Shown one piece after another: positions 46,868 through 57,266 of a stretch of DNA of 64,000 nt (its first letter is position 1; every line of letters starts with the position of its first letter). The position numbers and the translations under genes are program-made. The stretch is from the IMG/VR virus record IMGVR_UViG_3300037067_008306, positions 977-64,976 of that record, one strand, 5' to 3'. A model generated the notes under the pieces. It did not search any database. It was not told where the DNA came from and worked only from the letters and a program-made list of their open reading frames with translations. This stretch comes from a virus (taxonomy: Duplodnaviria; Caudoviricetes).

Positions 46868-48256
46868 ATGAAATTAAATCTGGTGGAAAAATACTTTCTA
46901 AACAGAATACTGAGCAAAGAAGAAAAGCAAAGTAAAACAACCGGGGCAATAATGACTGGGATTCCGGGTGGAGTTGTTTGGCCTACCAGGGATTATGAAA
47001 ACTTTTCCCGTGAAACATACATGAAGAATGTCATTGCTTTCTGCTGTATTGATATTACTTCTAAGTCGGTAGCTTCTGTCCCCTGGAAGTTATTTCAGTC
47101 CGTTATTGATCCAAAGACCCAAAAATTAAAAAGAGAAACAGTCAAGAAACATCCTATCAATGCTATATTGAAAAGAGCCAATCCTAGAGAGTCTTTCACC
47201 TTTGTAGTATTATCTCATATGTGCTATCTTCTTATTTCGGGTAATGCTTTTATAGAACGTGTAGGACCTTCTACTGGGGATAATCAGGGAATAATAAAAG
47301 AATTATATACTTTGCGCCCGGATAGAATGAAAATTCTTACAAATGCTTTAGGAATATCCGGATATGAATATCAGACTAATGGGCAGACAATAATATTTCC
47401 AGCTGATCCGGTTACAGGAAAATGTGATATATTACATATGAAGCTTTTTCATCCCCTTGATGATTTTTGGGGCATGTCTACAACGGAACCTGCTGCAATA
47501 AATATTGATTCTCATAATACCAGTTCAATGTGGAATAAAAATCTGACTGAGAATGAAGCCCGTCCCGGTGCTTTATTTCTATTTGAAAATACTTTGAATG
47601 ATGAAGTATTTAATAGATTAAAAAAACAAATTACTGAAAAAAGAGAAGGTGCAAGGTTTGCTGGAAAATCTTTAATTGTGGATGGTGGGGTGAAAGATGT
47701 GAAGCCTTATGGATTCAGCCCGAAAGAAATGGACTGGTTAAAATCCAATATCGAATTAGCAAGAAATATTTGTAATGCTTATCATGTCCCCCCTCAGATG
47801 ATAGGAATTCCGGACACAAGTACATATAGTAATTATCAGGAAGCACGTCAGGCATTCTGGGAAGAGACAGTAACATTCTATTTACAATACCTGGCAGATG
47901 AATTAAATTACTGGTTGTTTCCAAATGAGAACTTAGACACGGAAGAGAATGAGCAGCCTTTCATTGATTATTTATTGAATGATGTTCCGGCTTTTGAAAA
48001 GAAAAGGAATGATAAATGGGATAGAATACAGAAATCTGATTTTCTTAAGATCAATGAAAAGAGGGAAGCTGTTGATTATGAAGGTGTTGATGAGGGGGAT
48101 GTTCTTCTGGTGTCCGCAACTATGATTCCTTTGGGTGAGGAACAAAATACAGAAGATGAAACAGCAAAGCAGGAAGAGGAAACAGTCAAGAAGCTTATGG
48201 AACAGGGATATACAAGAGAAGAGGCCCTGGAACAGATAGGAGTACCTGTTGAATGA
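46868..48256 (+). CDS. HK97-family portal protein
   Basis: SGNAFI, LYTLRPDRM, HMKLFHPLDDFWGMS, ICNAYHVPP, YSNYQEAR. Confidence 0.95.
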   Translation: MKLNLVEKYFLNRILSKEEKQSKTTGAIMTGIPGGVVWPTRDYENFSRETYMKNVIAFCCIDITSKSVASVPWKLFQSVIDPKTQKLKRETVKKHPINAILKRANPRESFTFVVLSHMCYLLISGNAFIERVGPSTGDNQGIIKELYTLRPDRMKILTNALGISGYEYQTNGQTIIFPADPVTGKCDILHMKLFHPLDDFWGMSTTEPAAINIDSHNTSSMWNKNLTENEARPGALFLFENTLNDEVFNRLKKQITEKREGARFAGKSLIVDGGVKDVKPYGFSPKEMDWLKSNIELARNICNAYHVPPQMIGIPDTSTYSNYQEARQAFWEETVTFYLQYLADELNYWLFPNENLDTEENEQPFIDYLLNDVPAFEKKRNDKWDRIQKSDFLKINEKREAVDYEGVDEGDVLLVSATMIPLGEEQNTEDETAKQEEETVKKLMEQGYTREEALEQIGVPVE

Positions 48257-49071
48257 TAATTGATATTCATAGCAATGTAGGGAAACGGCGCGCGCGTACG
48301 GCGCAGGAAAGAAGGCAGCTTGTTTTTCTGAAAAGATTTTACAAAGCAATTCTTCCTATACTGAAAAAGCAGTACAGGGATGCTGCTGATAATATTGAGA
48401 GTTATGAATTTAATTTTAACTACGCTATTGAAAAATATAATAAGGATTTACGAAATATTTACAGGGTAAATTACCAGAGAATTTTAAAGGAGTTTGGTGA
48501 AAATTTATTTAAAGTTTTTTCAGAGGGGAAGACTTATATTAAATATGAGAGTAAATCTTTTATTGATGATTTTTGGAGGTATGCAATTCCCTGGATGAAT
48601 ATCAATACGGCAACAAAGGTTACCCAGATAAATGAGACTACAAAAAAGCGTATCAATTTAATTGTGAAGAAAGGAATGAGAACAGATAGTACAAATAAAG
48701 AGATTGCCGATAAGATAAAACAGATTGCTGAGATTTCTTTGCCATTCCGGGCCCAGAGAATTGCTAGAACAGAAACTCATAGTGCAGCGAACTGGGCCAC
48801 TGATAAGGCAATGGATTCCAGCCGGATGATGAAGGAAAAGGAATGGATCAGTGCATTGGATGAGAGAACAAGAACAATAGGAAAGGGTGCGGACTTTGAC
48901 CATGTGGCTGCGAATGGGGAAAGAGTTGCAATGGATGATACATTTAAAGGAACAGGAGAAAATTTAAGGTATCCTGGAGACTATGAAAATGGAAGTCCCG
49001 GAAATATAATAAATTGTAGATGTCAGGCATTATATTTTACTAATGTTCAGGTAAGGAGGAGCGGAGAATGA
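48253..49071 (+). CDS. minor head protein (SPP1 gp7/Mu gpF-like)
   Basis: RAQRIARTETH, KEWISALDERTR, H...NG, NIINCRC. Confidence 0.9.
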   Translation: MIIDIHSNVGKRRARTAQERRQLVFLKRFYKAILPILKKQYRDAADNIESYEFNFNYAIEKYNKDLRNIYRVNYQRILKEFGENLFKVFSEGKTYIKYESKSFIDDFWRYAIPWMNINTATKVTQINETTKKRINLIVKKGMRTDSTNKEIADKIKQIAEISLPFRAQRIARTETHSAANWATDKAMDSSRMMKEKEWISALDERTRTIGKGADFDHVAANGERVAMDDTFKGTGENLRYPGDYENGSPGNIINCRCQALYFTNVQVRRSGE

Positions 49072-49754
49072 ACAATGAATTTATTGATGTGCCTTTTCAA
49101 TTTGAATCCAAGTCATTAACTGAGGATGGAACCTTTGAAGGATACGGAAGTATGTTTGGAGGAGAGCCGGACGCGTATGGTGACGTAGTCGTGAAAGGAG
49201 CTTTCAAAAAAACCATATCCAAAGGGGGCCGGAACGGATTTGGAATTGCTATGTTATATCAGCATGATCCTAAACAGCCTATCGGTACATGGCAGACACT
49301 CCGGGAAGATGATAAGGGATTATATGTGAAAGGTAAATTGATAAGGGGTGTTCAGAAAGCAGATGAGGCATATTTGCTTATGAAGGAAAATGTTTTGAGG
49401 GGATTGTCTATTGGTTATGATACTATAGATCATGAGATTGTAGAAGATAAAAAAAGAAATACCCGGACAAGATTTTTGAAGGAAGTGAGTTTGTGGGAAA
49501 TTTCCCCGGTCACATTTCCAGCTCTTGTTCGTGCACAGATAACAAATGTAAAAAGTTTAATCCGCGATTCCAAAGATGAAAGAAGCCTTGAGGCAGCCTT
49601 GCGAGAGGCTGGGCTGTCCAATGGTGAAGCTAAGGACATCGTATTTATGTGTCGGCCTTATCTGAGAGGGATAAGTAATTCGGGACAGGGATTAAAAGAA
49701 ATTTTACAGGGATTATCTAAAAAGAATACAGAATTGCTAAAAGTGTTACAGTAA
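49068..49754 (+). CDS. HK97-family prohead protease
   Basis: FEGYGS, MLYQH, GLSIGY, WEISPVTFPA. Confidence 0.95.
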   Translation: MNNEFIDVPFQFESKSLTEDGTFEGYGSMFGGEPDAYGDVVVKGAFKKTISKGGRNGFGIAMLYQHDPKQPIGTWQTLREDDKGLYVKGKLIRGVQKADEAYLLMKENVLRGLSIGYDTIDHEIVEDKKRNTRTRFLKEVSLWEISPVTFPALVRAQITNVKSLIRDSKDERSLEAALREAGLSNGEAKDIVFMCRPYLRGISNSGQGLKEILQGLSKKNTELLKVLQ

Positions 49755-49776
49755 AAAATTATAAGGAGGAAATGAT

Positions 49777-51201
49777 ATGCCTATCAAGTTAAATGAATTA
49801 GGTACATTATCAGAACCGGAAGTTGCAAAAGCGGTAGTTGAAGAAGTAAATGCTCTCGGAGATAATATAAAAAGCATTTACGAAAAAATGAGAACCAATT
49901 ATGAGGAACTCAAGCACACAGTTGATGATATTCCGAAGGATACATTGGCCCTGGAAAAATATCAGAAGCTGGGTGAGGATATTACTATCCGGCAGCAGGC
50001 TCTAGATAAAGAGTACATCAAGAACAGGGATGATTTTACAAAGAGAATGGATTCTATTGAAGTGGCTCTGAAGAGACCGGGACTTGGTTCTGGTAATTCG
50101 GATGATAAGGAATCAAAAGAAATTAAACAATTCCTTATCGAGAATCTTTCTGTACATCGGAAGAGTGATGAGGGGGTTTCCTTTGAGGAAGTTTCCAAAA
50201 TCATGAGTGAAAAGAGCGTGGGGGAATACCGGGAATATAAAAAAGCTTTTGAAGCTTATTGCCGGAAGTATGGCGGTAATCGTGAATTGATTATTGACCC
50301 GAATTACATAAAAGCTCTTCAGGTTGGTATTGATCCGGATGGTGGAATAACAGTTCCGGTAGCAATGTCCAATCGTATGACTGAGATTATTTATGAAACA
50401 GATCCAGTCCGTCAGTTGGCTTCTGTAGAATCTATTACAACTGGTAAAATTGAATGGATGGCGGAATGGGATGAGGCCGGGTACAACTGGGAAGGTGAGA
50501 CTCATGGTGAAACAACTATGCCGGGAGAAACTTCAACCCCGACATGGAAGAAAAGAGCCATTTCAGTTCATACCTTATCAGCAAGACCGAGAGCCACTCA
50601 GACTCTTCTGGAAGATTCCGGAATAAATGTAGAACAGTGGCTGGCCAGGAAAGTAGCAGACAAGTTTTCCAGAGCAGAAGCAGCAGCCTTTGTTACTGGT
50701 AACGGTATAGGAAAACCGAAAGGCTTTTTGACCTATGCTAACGGAACATCATTCGGAACAATTGAGCAGGTTGCTATGGGTGCAGCTGATGCACTTACGG
50801 CAGACGGATTCCTGGCAATAAAATATGCTATGAAAGAATATTACATTGAAAGAGGAACTTGGTTGATGAACAGAAGCACGGTTCTTGCAGCCCTGAAGCT
50901 TAAATATGGTGATGGTACTTACATATGGAATCCGGGTCAGTTCGGTTCTGGTAATACTATCGGAAACATCCTGGGTCTTCCTGTAAGAATGTCCACTACA
51001 ATGCCGGAAGTCGCTGCTGATGCATTATCGATTGTTCTGGCAGACTGGAAAGCAGCGTATTTGATTATAGACAGACTGGGTATTACTATCCAGCGCGACC
51101 CATACACAGTAAAACCGTTTGTTGAATTTTATACTCGTAAGAGAGTCGGCGGTGACGTGGATAATTGGGAAGCAATAAAAATCGGAAAAATTTCGGCATA
51201 A
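49777..51201 (+). CDS. HK97-fold major capsid protein
   Basis: N-terminal coiled-coil delta domain, DGGITVP, AAFVTGNGIGKPKGFL, RDPYTVKPFVEFYTRKRVGG. Confidence 0.95.
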   Translation: MPIKLNELGTLSEPEVAKAVVEEVNALGDNIKSIYEKMRTNYEELKHTVDDIPKDTLALEKYQKLGEDITIRQQALDKEYIKNRDDFTKRMDSIEVALKRPGLGSGNSDDKESKEIKQFLIENLSVHRKSDEGVSFEEVSKIMSEKSVGEYREYKKAFEAYCRKYGGNRELIIDPNYIKALQVGIDPDGGITVPVAMSNRMTEIIYETDPVRQLASVESITTGKIEWMAEWDEAGYNWEGETHGETTMPGETSTPTWKKRAISVHTLSARPRATQTLLEDSGINVEQWLARKVADKFSRAEAAAFVTGNGIGKPKGFLTYANGTSFGTIEQVAMGAADALTADGFLAIKYAMKEYYIERGTWLMNRSTVLAALKLKYGDGTYIWNPGQFGSGNTIGNILGLPVRMSTTMPEVAADALSIVLADWKAAYLIIDRLGITIQRDPYTVKPFVEFYTRKRVGGDVDNWEAIKIGKISA

Positions 51202-51212
51202 GGAGGAAATAA

Positions 51213-51740
51213 ATGAGTAACATAAAAAGAGACTTATATTCAAATTTAAAGTTCTTTCAGGCTATGACTCCGCAGGATGTAGCTTCAGGAGCTGCTACCA
51301 ACGGATTAGCAATTGATACATTAGGATATGACGGTGTGGTCTTTGTTATCAATTGTGGAGCAATGACTTCCGCAGGTTCTTTAGCAGCAGCAGAACGTTG
51401 GCAGTTAAAGCTGGAGCATGCTCTGGCAGATACCTATGATACTGCCGCGAGCGCTAGCGCGGGAACATGGTCTGAAGTATATCCTTCACAGATGATACAT
51501 TCTGTGATAGGAATGGCCGGGGCTTACAGTACATTGAATTCCGGTATATTCCAGAGTATAGCTTCTGTGGCTGATATTTCAATTACAGGCAAGCTGTTCT
51601 TTGTTGGGTATAAAGGCCCGAGACGTTTTGTCCGAATAGCTTTTTCGGAAGTAGGTGGAGCATCTACCATATCAGCGAGCGCAATTGCTGTTCTGGGTGG
51701 TGCACAGATATGGCCTGTCAACTCACCTGTTGGTGATTAA
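51213..51740 (+). CDS. capsid-associated/decoration protein
   Basis: follows the MCP; IDTLGYD, VGYKGPRRFVR. Confidence 0.6.
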   Translation: MSNIKRDLYSNLKFFQAMTPQDVASGAATNGLAIDTLGYDGVVFVINCGAMTSAGSLAAAERWQLKLEHALADTYDTAASASAGTWSEVYPSQMIHSVIGMAGAYSTLNSGIFQSIASVADISITGKLFFVGYKGPRRFVRIAFSEVGGASTISASAIAVLGGAQIWPVNSPVGD

Positions 51741-51750
51741 GGGGACTTTG

Positions 51751-51782
51751 CACTGGGGATGAAAATTCTCCAGTGACTTTTT
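51751..51782 (+). terminator. putative intrinsic terminator after capsid genes
   Basis: CACTGGGGA-7nt-TCTCCAGTG stem followed by ACTTTTT. Confidence 0.55.
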
Positions 51783-51798
51783 AAATGGGGGAAAAATA

Positions 51799-52323
51799 AT
51801 GGGAAAAAGTGATAGTAAATATCAGAATACAAAAATACAGATTCCTCAAGGCGCAGACAGACTGAGTATTGACTCCGATGCATACTTTGATTTTTTCGGA
51901 CAGACGGTAACCGGGGCAATCTTGAAAAAGATATTATATAGCAATCAGCAGGAATTAGAAATTCTTACTTCTGCATTGATAATGTCTACAGTTAATCTTC
52001 CGGCCAATGGATTTGTATTTTTAAATTTATCAGTAAGTACAGTAAATGCTTCTATGTGGCTGCCTTCCTGCGTTGAGGGTGATGCTCTGGTAATAGCTGT
52101 GAGAAATTATGCGTTAAATAGTTTGAACAGTGTATTTATTTCCACATCCGGATGTACGATAAAAGGATTGGAATATTCCGGGGTATCCAATATTGGTTTG
52201 CATACTTCAGTAGTAAGTATAGGAACTCAGCCTGTTGTAGCTTTGAAATGCTTTACTGACGGGGAATGGACAATTGTGGGGGCTTCCCCGAGACAAATTG
52301 TTATTGAGCATCCGTCAACATAA
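51799..52323 (+). CDS. hypothetical structural protein
   Basis: 174 aa in the head-neck region. Confidence 0.55.
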   Translation: MGKSDSKYQNTKIQIPQGADRLSIDSDAYFDFFGQTVTGAILKKILYSNQQELEILTSALIMSTVNLPANGFVFLNLSVSTVNASMWLPSCVEGDALVIAVRNYALNSLNSVFISTSGCTIKGLEYSGVSNIGLHTSVVSIGTQPVVALKCFTDGEWTIVGASPRQIVIEHPST

Positions 52324-52335
52324 GGAGGACAAAAG

Positions 52336-52587
52336 ATGCAAGTTATAATGAAAGAAACAAAGAAAGGTTCTCCGAATGGTATTACAGTTAATGTATATGT
52401 TAAAGATCAGGAATATGATCTTCCGGAGAGTCTGACAAAAACTTTTCTGAAAATGGGGGCATGTAAAATGGTTGTAGCAAAAGAAAATAAAGATGCAGGC
52501 CCTGCTCCTCAGAATAAAGATGTAGAACCTGAGAAAGTAGAAAAGAAAAAGAAAGACAAGAAAGATAAAGAGGGAAATGATAAATGA
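52336..52587 (+). CDS. small head-associated hypothetical protein
   Basis: 83 aa, AAGGAGG SD, Lys-rich tail. Confidence 0.55.
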   Translation: MQVIMKETKKGSPNGITVNVYVKDQEYDLPESLTKTFLKMGACKMVVAKENKDAGPAPQNKDVEPEKVEKKKKDKKDKEGNDK

Positions 52588-53177
52588 TAATGTCATCTGA
52601 AATCGATGAGAATATGGTATGGGATGTTACTACACCCCCGGCCATTGAGCCTGTTTCCTTAGAAGAATTCAAAATGTTTGCCAGGATTGACGGCAATGAT
52701 GAAGATTCTCAGTTGTTGAGTTTTTTAATCACTGCCCGATCCCTGATAGAAAAATATTTGAACCGGGCCCTCATTGAACAGACGATTACGTTAAAAATGG
52801 ATTCATGGCCTGAGAAAGAAGTAATTGAACTTCCCAGGCCCCCTCTTATCTCTATAACAGCTGTAGAAACATTAAATGAATCGGATGTTGCTACTGTATA
52901 TTCAAGCAGTAATTATTATATTATCAAGAATAAAGAGCCGGGGTTGTTAGTATTAAAGTTTGGAGTAACTCCCCCGCAGAATACAGAAAGATATTATGGT
53001 GGGTATCAGGTAAGATATAAAGCAGGATACGGGTCAACGTCTGCAAGTGTTCCTAATGTATTGAAAGATTGTATCAAACAGTGGGCTATGACTATGTATG
53101 AAAATAGGGCTATTGTAGAAGAGCCTCCCGCTGAAGTTAAGGCATTATTAAGTAATTACCGGATTTATTATATATGA
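52584..53177 (+). CDS. head-tail connector (HK97 gp6/phiE125 gp8-like)
   Basis: EPVSLEEFK..ARID...ED, ALIEQT, Y.AGYG, MYENR. Confidence 0.85.
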   Translation: MIMSSEIDENMVWDVTTPPAIEPVSLEEFKMFARIDGNDEDSQLLSFLITARSLIEKYLNRALIEQTITLKMDSWPEKEVIELPRPPLISITAVETLNESDVATVYSSSNYYIIKNKEPGLLVLKFGVTPPQNTERYYGGYQVRYKAGYGSTSASVPNVLKDCIKQWAMTMYENRAIVEEPPAEVKALLSNYRIYYI

Positions 53178-53623
53178 AACTAGCTCATAAATTAAAACAC
53201 CGGATTCAGATATGTGAAGGGATTCAAGACCCTAATTCCACCGGTGGATTTGACCGGACATATAAAACATTAACCACTGTATGGGCTGGTATAGAAATCA
53301 TGTCTGAATATTTAAGAAGTATGTCGCGGATACGCGGGGGGAATGATTCAGACGGGAAATCCCCTACCCATAGATTTATTGTGCGATGGGCAGCCGTACA
53401 GAATATGGGAAAGGAAATGAACAGTGCTTTCAGTTCCGGTTTTAATTCGATAGCAGATTTAATTCCTTTGAAGTCTGATATGTTTGTTTTTATGGAAGTG
53501 GGTTCTCAATACAAAGGAAGATTATTTCAGATTATGGATATTTATCCGGATGAACAGAATAAGGAATTCATAAAATTTACTAGTGTTGAAATAGAAGAAA
53601 AAGGAACAGGATACCCGGAATGA
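53174..53623 (+). CDS. head-tail adaptor/head closure (SPP1 gp16-like)
   Basis: LKHRIQI...GG...TVWA.I, THRFIVR. Confidence 0.75.
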   Translation: MKLAHKLKHRIQICEGIQDPNSTGGFDRTYKTLTTVWAGIEIMSEYLRSMSRIRGGNDSDGKSPTHRFIVRWAAVQNMGKEMNSAFSSGFNSIADLIPLKSDMFVFMEVGSQYKGRLFQIMDIYPDEQNKEFIKFTSVEIEEKGTGYPE

Positions 53624-54111
53624 CTGGAATAACTTCTAAAAGCTTAAAAGAATTAAATAGAAAATTAAAAAATATAAGTAAACAATTTATTACCCGATCT
53701 GCCCACAAGCGTCAGGAAATTTATAATGCTTTATTTGAAGATGGTAACAATATGAGGAATTATATTATTACCAGTATGCGAAATACTACGCGTGCGCCCT
53801 GGTCATATAGGAAAACAAAGGATGGTAAGAGACATCACCCATCTATGCCGGGAAGTTTCCCAGCTGTGGATACGGGAGAAGGGATAAGGTCTATTGCTGC
53901 TGATGTAAGTATGAAAGAAGGCGTACGATTGGAGATTGGAGTCAATACGGGAGCACCTTATTTAAAATTTTTGGAAGAGGGTACTAAAAGAACGGATGCC
54001 CGGCCGTGGCTTGAACCCACAGTGCAGGAATTTAAACCGGGGATTATAAATAAATTGGAAAAGATTGTTCCTACTAATGTTGTAGATTTCTTTGTACAGG
54101 GGATGAAATGA
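53620..54111 (+). CDS. HK97 gp10-like neck/tail completion protein
   Basis: PAVDTG, YLKFLEEGT...ARPWLEP. Confidence 0.8.
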   Translation: MTGITSKSLKELNRKLKNISKQFITRSAHKRQEIYNALFEDGNNMRNYIITSMRNTTRAPWSYRKTKDGKRHHPSMPGSFPAVDTGEGIRSIAADVSMKEGVRLEIGVNTGAPYLKFLEEGTKRTDARPWLEPTVQEFKPGIINKLEKIVPTNVVDFFVQGMK

Positions 54112-54821
54112 AATTATCTTATATTGTAACAAGAATAAGATTAGCAAATACTATATTTGGAAATTATGTAGGTGGCAGTGCTGAACTTGACTTGGCTATT
54201 ACTAAAAATACTTTGACTCGTAAAGAAATAGCTTTTGTTGTGCCAGTTACAGAAGATGCCACTGCTAATAAATTGGATTCAGGTATCAGTCAGTTGATAA
54301 CAGAAAAGTTTGCTGTTATAGTTGCTCTGGCTAATGATTCATCGCAGGCAGATAAGACTGGCTTAACATCATATGATTTACTTCATAATATAAGATCAGA
54401 ATTATTTCGGTCTCTGGTAGGATGGCAGATTAAAGGGGCTGAAAGTTTAATTGAGTATGCAGGTGGCAGATTTATTTCAGTAAGAAATAGTTATCTATGG
54501 TGGGAATTTGATTTCAGATATTCCATCAGGCTTCAGGATTGGGAAGGATATTATTGTGACACGGAATCTATTGAAGATTTTATTGAAAGGAAACAGCCTT
54601 CCAAGATGGATGATTTTAATAGTATTTCTTCCAAGTATATTTTCTGGCCGAGTGAAAATCTACCATGGAAAGGAACTTATGATGAAGTAACCGGGGATAT
54701 ATCCCAGATGGAAACATGGATTGACTTAACTAAAGACCCGGATGCTGGGGCTTATGGCCGTGGCTTTGATAGTGGGTTTGATTTTTATAGGATCTTGAAT
54801 CGGAGCAATGATCCTAAGTAA
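54108..54821 (+). CDS. tail terminator/completion protein (Mu gp37-like)
   Basis: position before the sheath; ELFRSLVGW, LWWEFDF. Confidence 0.6.
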   Translation: MKLSYIVTRIRLANTIFGNYVGGSAELDLAITKNTLTRKEIAFVVPVTEDATANKLDSGISQLITEKFAVIVALANDSSQADKTGLTSYDLLHNIRSELFRSLVGWQIKGAESLIEYAGGRFISVRNSYLWWEFDFRYSIRLQDWEGYYCDTESIEDFIERKQPSKMDDFNSISSKYIFWPSENLPWKGTYDEVTGDISQMETWIDLTKDPDAGAYGRGFDSGFDFYRILNRSNDPK

Positions 54822-54837
54822 AATAAAAGGAGGAGAT

Positions 54838-55044
54838 ATGGAAGCAGAATTTAGAAGGGTAAAACCCAAAGAAGGGTTGAAAGTAAGGTATCCCAGGAAC
54901 TATGCCATACTGCCGGAGGCAGGGGCAGTGGTTCCATGGATCGGACCTGATGGCAGGTATTGGAGACGCAGATTCAATTCCGGTGATATAATTATTATTG
55001 AGGAAGAAAAGAAAAATAATTTTAAAGGAAAGGAGGGAAAATAA
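54838..55044 (+). CDS. DUF2635 (Mu gp38-like) protein (start corrected)
   Basis: VKPKEGLKV..P...LP..G..V...YWRRR..GD. Confidence 0.75.
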   Translation: MEAEFRRVKPKEGLKVRYPRNYAILPEAGAVVPWIGPDGRYWRRRFNSGDIIIIEEEKKNNFKGKEGK

Positions 55045-56547
55045 ATGTCAATTGTATTTAATAATATTCCCGATACAATCAGGACTCCCGGAGCATATAC
55101 TGAAGTAGATAATTCCAGAGCGTTGAAAGGATTAGTAGCAAATCCCCATAAGGCTCTTATTATCGGGCAGAAAACATCTTCCGGGACTGCTTCTGTTGAT
55201 ATTGTAAAACAAATAACATCAGACGGACTGGCAGACGGATTTTTTGGAGTCGGTTCTATTCTTGCGAGAATGTGCAATGTATTCAAACAGAATAATCCTA
55301 ACACCGAATTACATGCTATGGCTTTGAGTATATCCACCGGGGGAGTAAAAGCAACAGGAATAATTAAATTTGAATCAGGACTTTCCGCAACAGCTGATGG
55401 TTATTATTACCTAATGGTAAATGGAACAGCCTGTTATGTTCCTATCACTTCAGCATGGAGCATTACTGATGTATGTGCTGCTATTGTAGCTAAGATAAAT
55501 TCAATGGATATGCTTCCGGTAGTTGCTTCTGTGTCTGCTAGTGCTGTGGGTAGTAATCATGTTAATGTTACTGCAAAGATTTCCGGAAGCTTGGGAAATT
55601 ATATTAACATAAGAGCTAATTATTATACAGGTCAAAATAACCCGGCTGGATGGAGTGTTAATGGTATTACTCATCCTACTATGGCTTCAGGTTCCGGGGC
55701 TCCTGAACTAGATGAGGCGTGGGCAGTAATTGCAGGAACTCAGTATCAACATATTATTCAGCCTTATGATGACGCTGCGAATTTAACTTCTCTGGAAAAT
55801 GAACTGGAAGATAGATTCGGGCCTCTTATTGATCTTCAGGGTCATGGATATGTAGGGGTGAGGGGAACACAGGCCGAATTAACTACTTTAGGAAATTCCA
55901 GAAACAGTCCTCACAATACAATAATCGGGGCTGATGATAGCCCTACTAGTCCTGAAGAATGGGCTGCCGCTGCGGGTGCGGTTGCTGCATGGAATCTGAA
56001 TAATGATCCGGCAAGACCTCTTTATGGATTAAAGCTGAAGGGGATTCTTGCTCCGCCTGATGCTGGTAGATTTACCCGGGCTGAAAGAGATATTCTTTTA
56101 TATGATGGAATATCTACATGGATATGTGATGTTTCCGGCAATGTATTACTGGAAAGATTGTTAACAACTTATCAGACAAATCTTACAGGCTCAATTGATC
56201 CGAGTTATCTGGATATATGTACAATGCTTACGCTTATGGAAATCAGGTACCAATACAAAGCAAGGATGACTACCCGGTTTATTACTCAAAGATTTAAACT
56301 GGCAGATGATGGATTTCCCGTCCAGCCCGGCAGTTATGTAGTTGTTCCCAAAACGGTGAAGTCAGAAATAATTGCATTGTTTGCGGAATTACAGGATGCT
56401 GGATTGATTGAGAATCTAAATGATTTTAAAAACAATCTTATTGTACAAAGAAACTCCGCTGACAAGACCAGGGTTGATGTTATATTGCCTCCTGATCTTG
56501 TTAACCAGTTTAATATTATAGCTTCAGTAATACAATTCATTTTATAA
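55045..56547 (+). CDS. contractile tail sheath (Mu gpL-like)
   Basis: IPDTIRTPG.Y.E.D, FGVGSILARM, DPARPL, R..LLYDGIST, LPPDLVNQF. Confidence 0.95.
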   Translation: MSIVFNNIPDTIRTPGAYTEVDNSRALKGLVANPHKALIIGQKTSSGTASVDIVKQITSDGLADGFFGVGSILARMCNVFKQNNPNTELHAMALSISTGGVKATGIIKFESGLSATADGYYYLMVNGTACYVPITSAWSITDVCAAIVAKINSMDMLPVVASVSASAVGSNHVNVTAKISGSLGNYINIRANYYTGQNNPAGWSVNGITHPTMASGSGAPELDEAWAVIAGTQYQHIIQPYDDAANLTSLENELEDRFGPLIDLQGHGYVGVRGTQAELTTLGNSRNSPHNTIIGADDSPTSPEEWAAAAGAVAAWNLNNDPARPLYGLKLKGILAPPDAGRFTRAERDILLYDGISTWICDVSGNVLLERLLTTYQTNLTGSIDPSYLDICTMLTLMEIRYQYKARMTTRFITQRFKLADDGFPVQPGSYVVVPKTVKSEIIALFAELQDAGLIENLNDFKNNLIVQRNSADKTRVDVILPPDLVNQFNIIASVIQFIL

Positions 56548-56559
56548 GGAGAAAAAATA

Positions 56560-56949
56560 ATGGGAAAGATTACAGGCAGAATTGAAGTAATAGTTAATGG
56601 TCAGACACTTCTCAATAAAGCCGGGGCCGTAGCATCAGGCCTCGGCCTCAGTGGTGAACCTAACTTTGAATTAAAAGAAGTCATGGGTGATACGGGATTA
56701 CATGGATTTACGGAAGATCCGATTGTTGCCCGGTGCGCTGTTACTATTACCGATAGGGATGATATCTCCCTTGATACGCTCGCGCGCGTACGCGAGAACG
56801 GAACAGTAATATTCCGGTCAGCCAGTGGTGGAAAGGCTTACACTATGAATAAGGCTACATGTAAACGAAACTTTACTTTAACTGGGGGTGAGGGGGAAAC
56901 TCAGGTTGAGTTTATAGGGCCTAACTGGATTGAAGGAGTTGAGTCGTAA
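56560..56949 (+). CDS. tail tube protein (Mu gpM-like)
   Basis: 129 aa directly after the sheath; ITG...VNG, G.HG.TE. Confidence 0.8.
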   Translation: MGKITGRIEVIVNGQTLLNKAGAVASGLGLSGEPNFELKEVMGDTGLHGFTEDPIVARCAVTITDRDDISLDTLARVRENGTVIFRSASGGKAYTMNKATCKRNFTLTGGEGETQVEFIGPNWIEGVES

Positions 56950-57266
56950 TGGAAGAAGAAAAAAAGAAAATTATTTTAAAACATCCCGTAGTCATCAAAC
57001 AGGAAGACGGCAGCGAACAAGTTTATAAGGAAATTTTTATTGGGAGAATTAAGAATAAACATTTAAAATTACTTCCTAAAAATTTCGTAGAAAGTAATGG
57101 GAAAATTCCACCGGATAAATTATCAAAAGTTATTTCAGTAATTGCAGATATTCCGGTGGAAGTGGCTGATGAAATTGATCTAGAAGATACTTTTTCAATA
57201 GCTGAGGTGATGGACAGTTTTTTCGGGCAATCCCAGCCAACTGGGAACAATACATCTGGTTCATAG
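56949..57266 (+). CDS. tail assembly chaperone
   Basis: between tube and tape measure; ends at a slippery site. Confidence 0.75.
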   Translation: MEEEKKKIILKHPVVIKQEDGSEQVYKEIFIGRIKNKHLKLLPKNFVESNGKIPPDKLSKVISVIADIPVEVADEIDLEDTFSIAEVMDSFFGQSQPTGNNTSGS

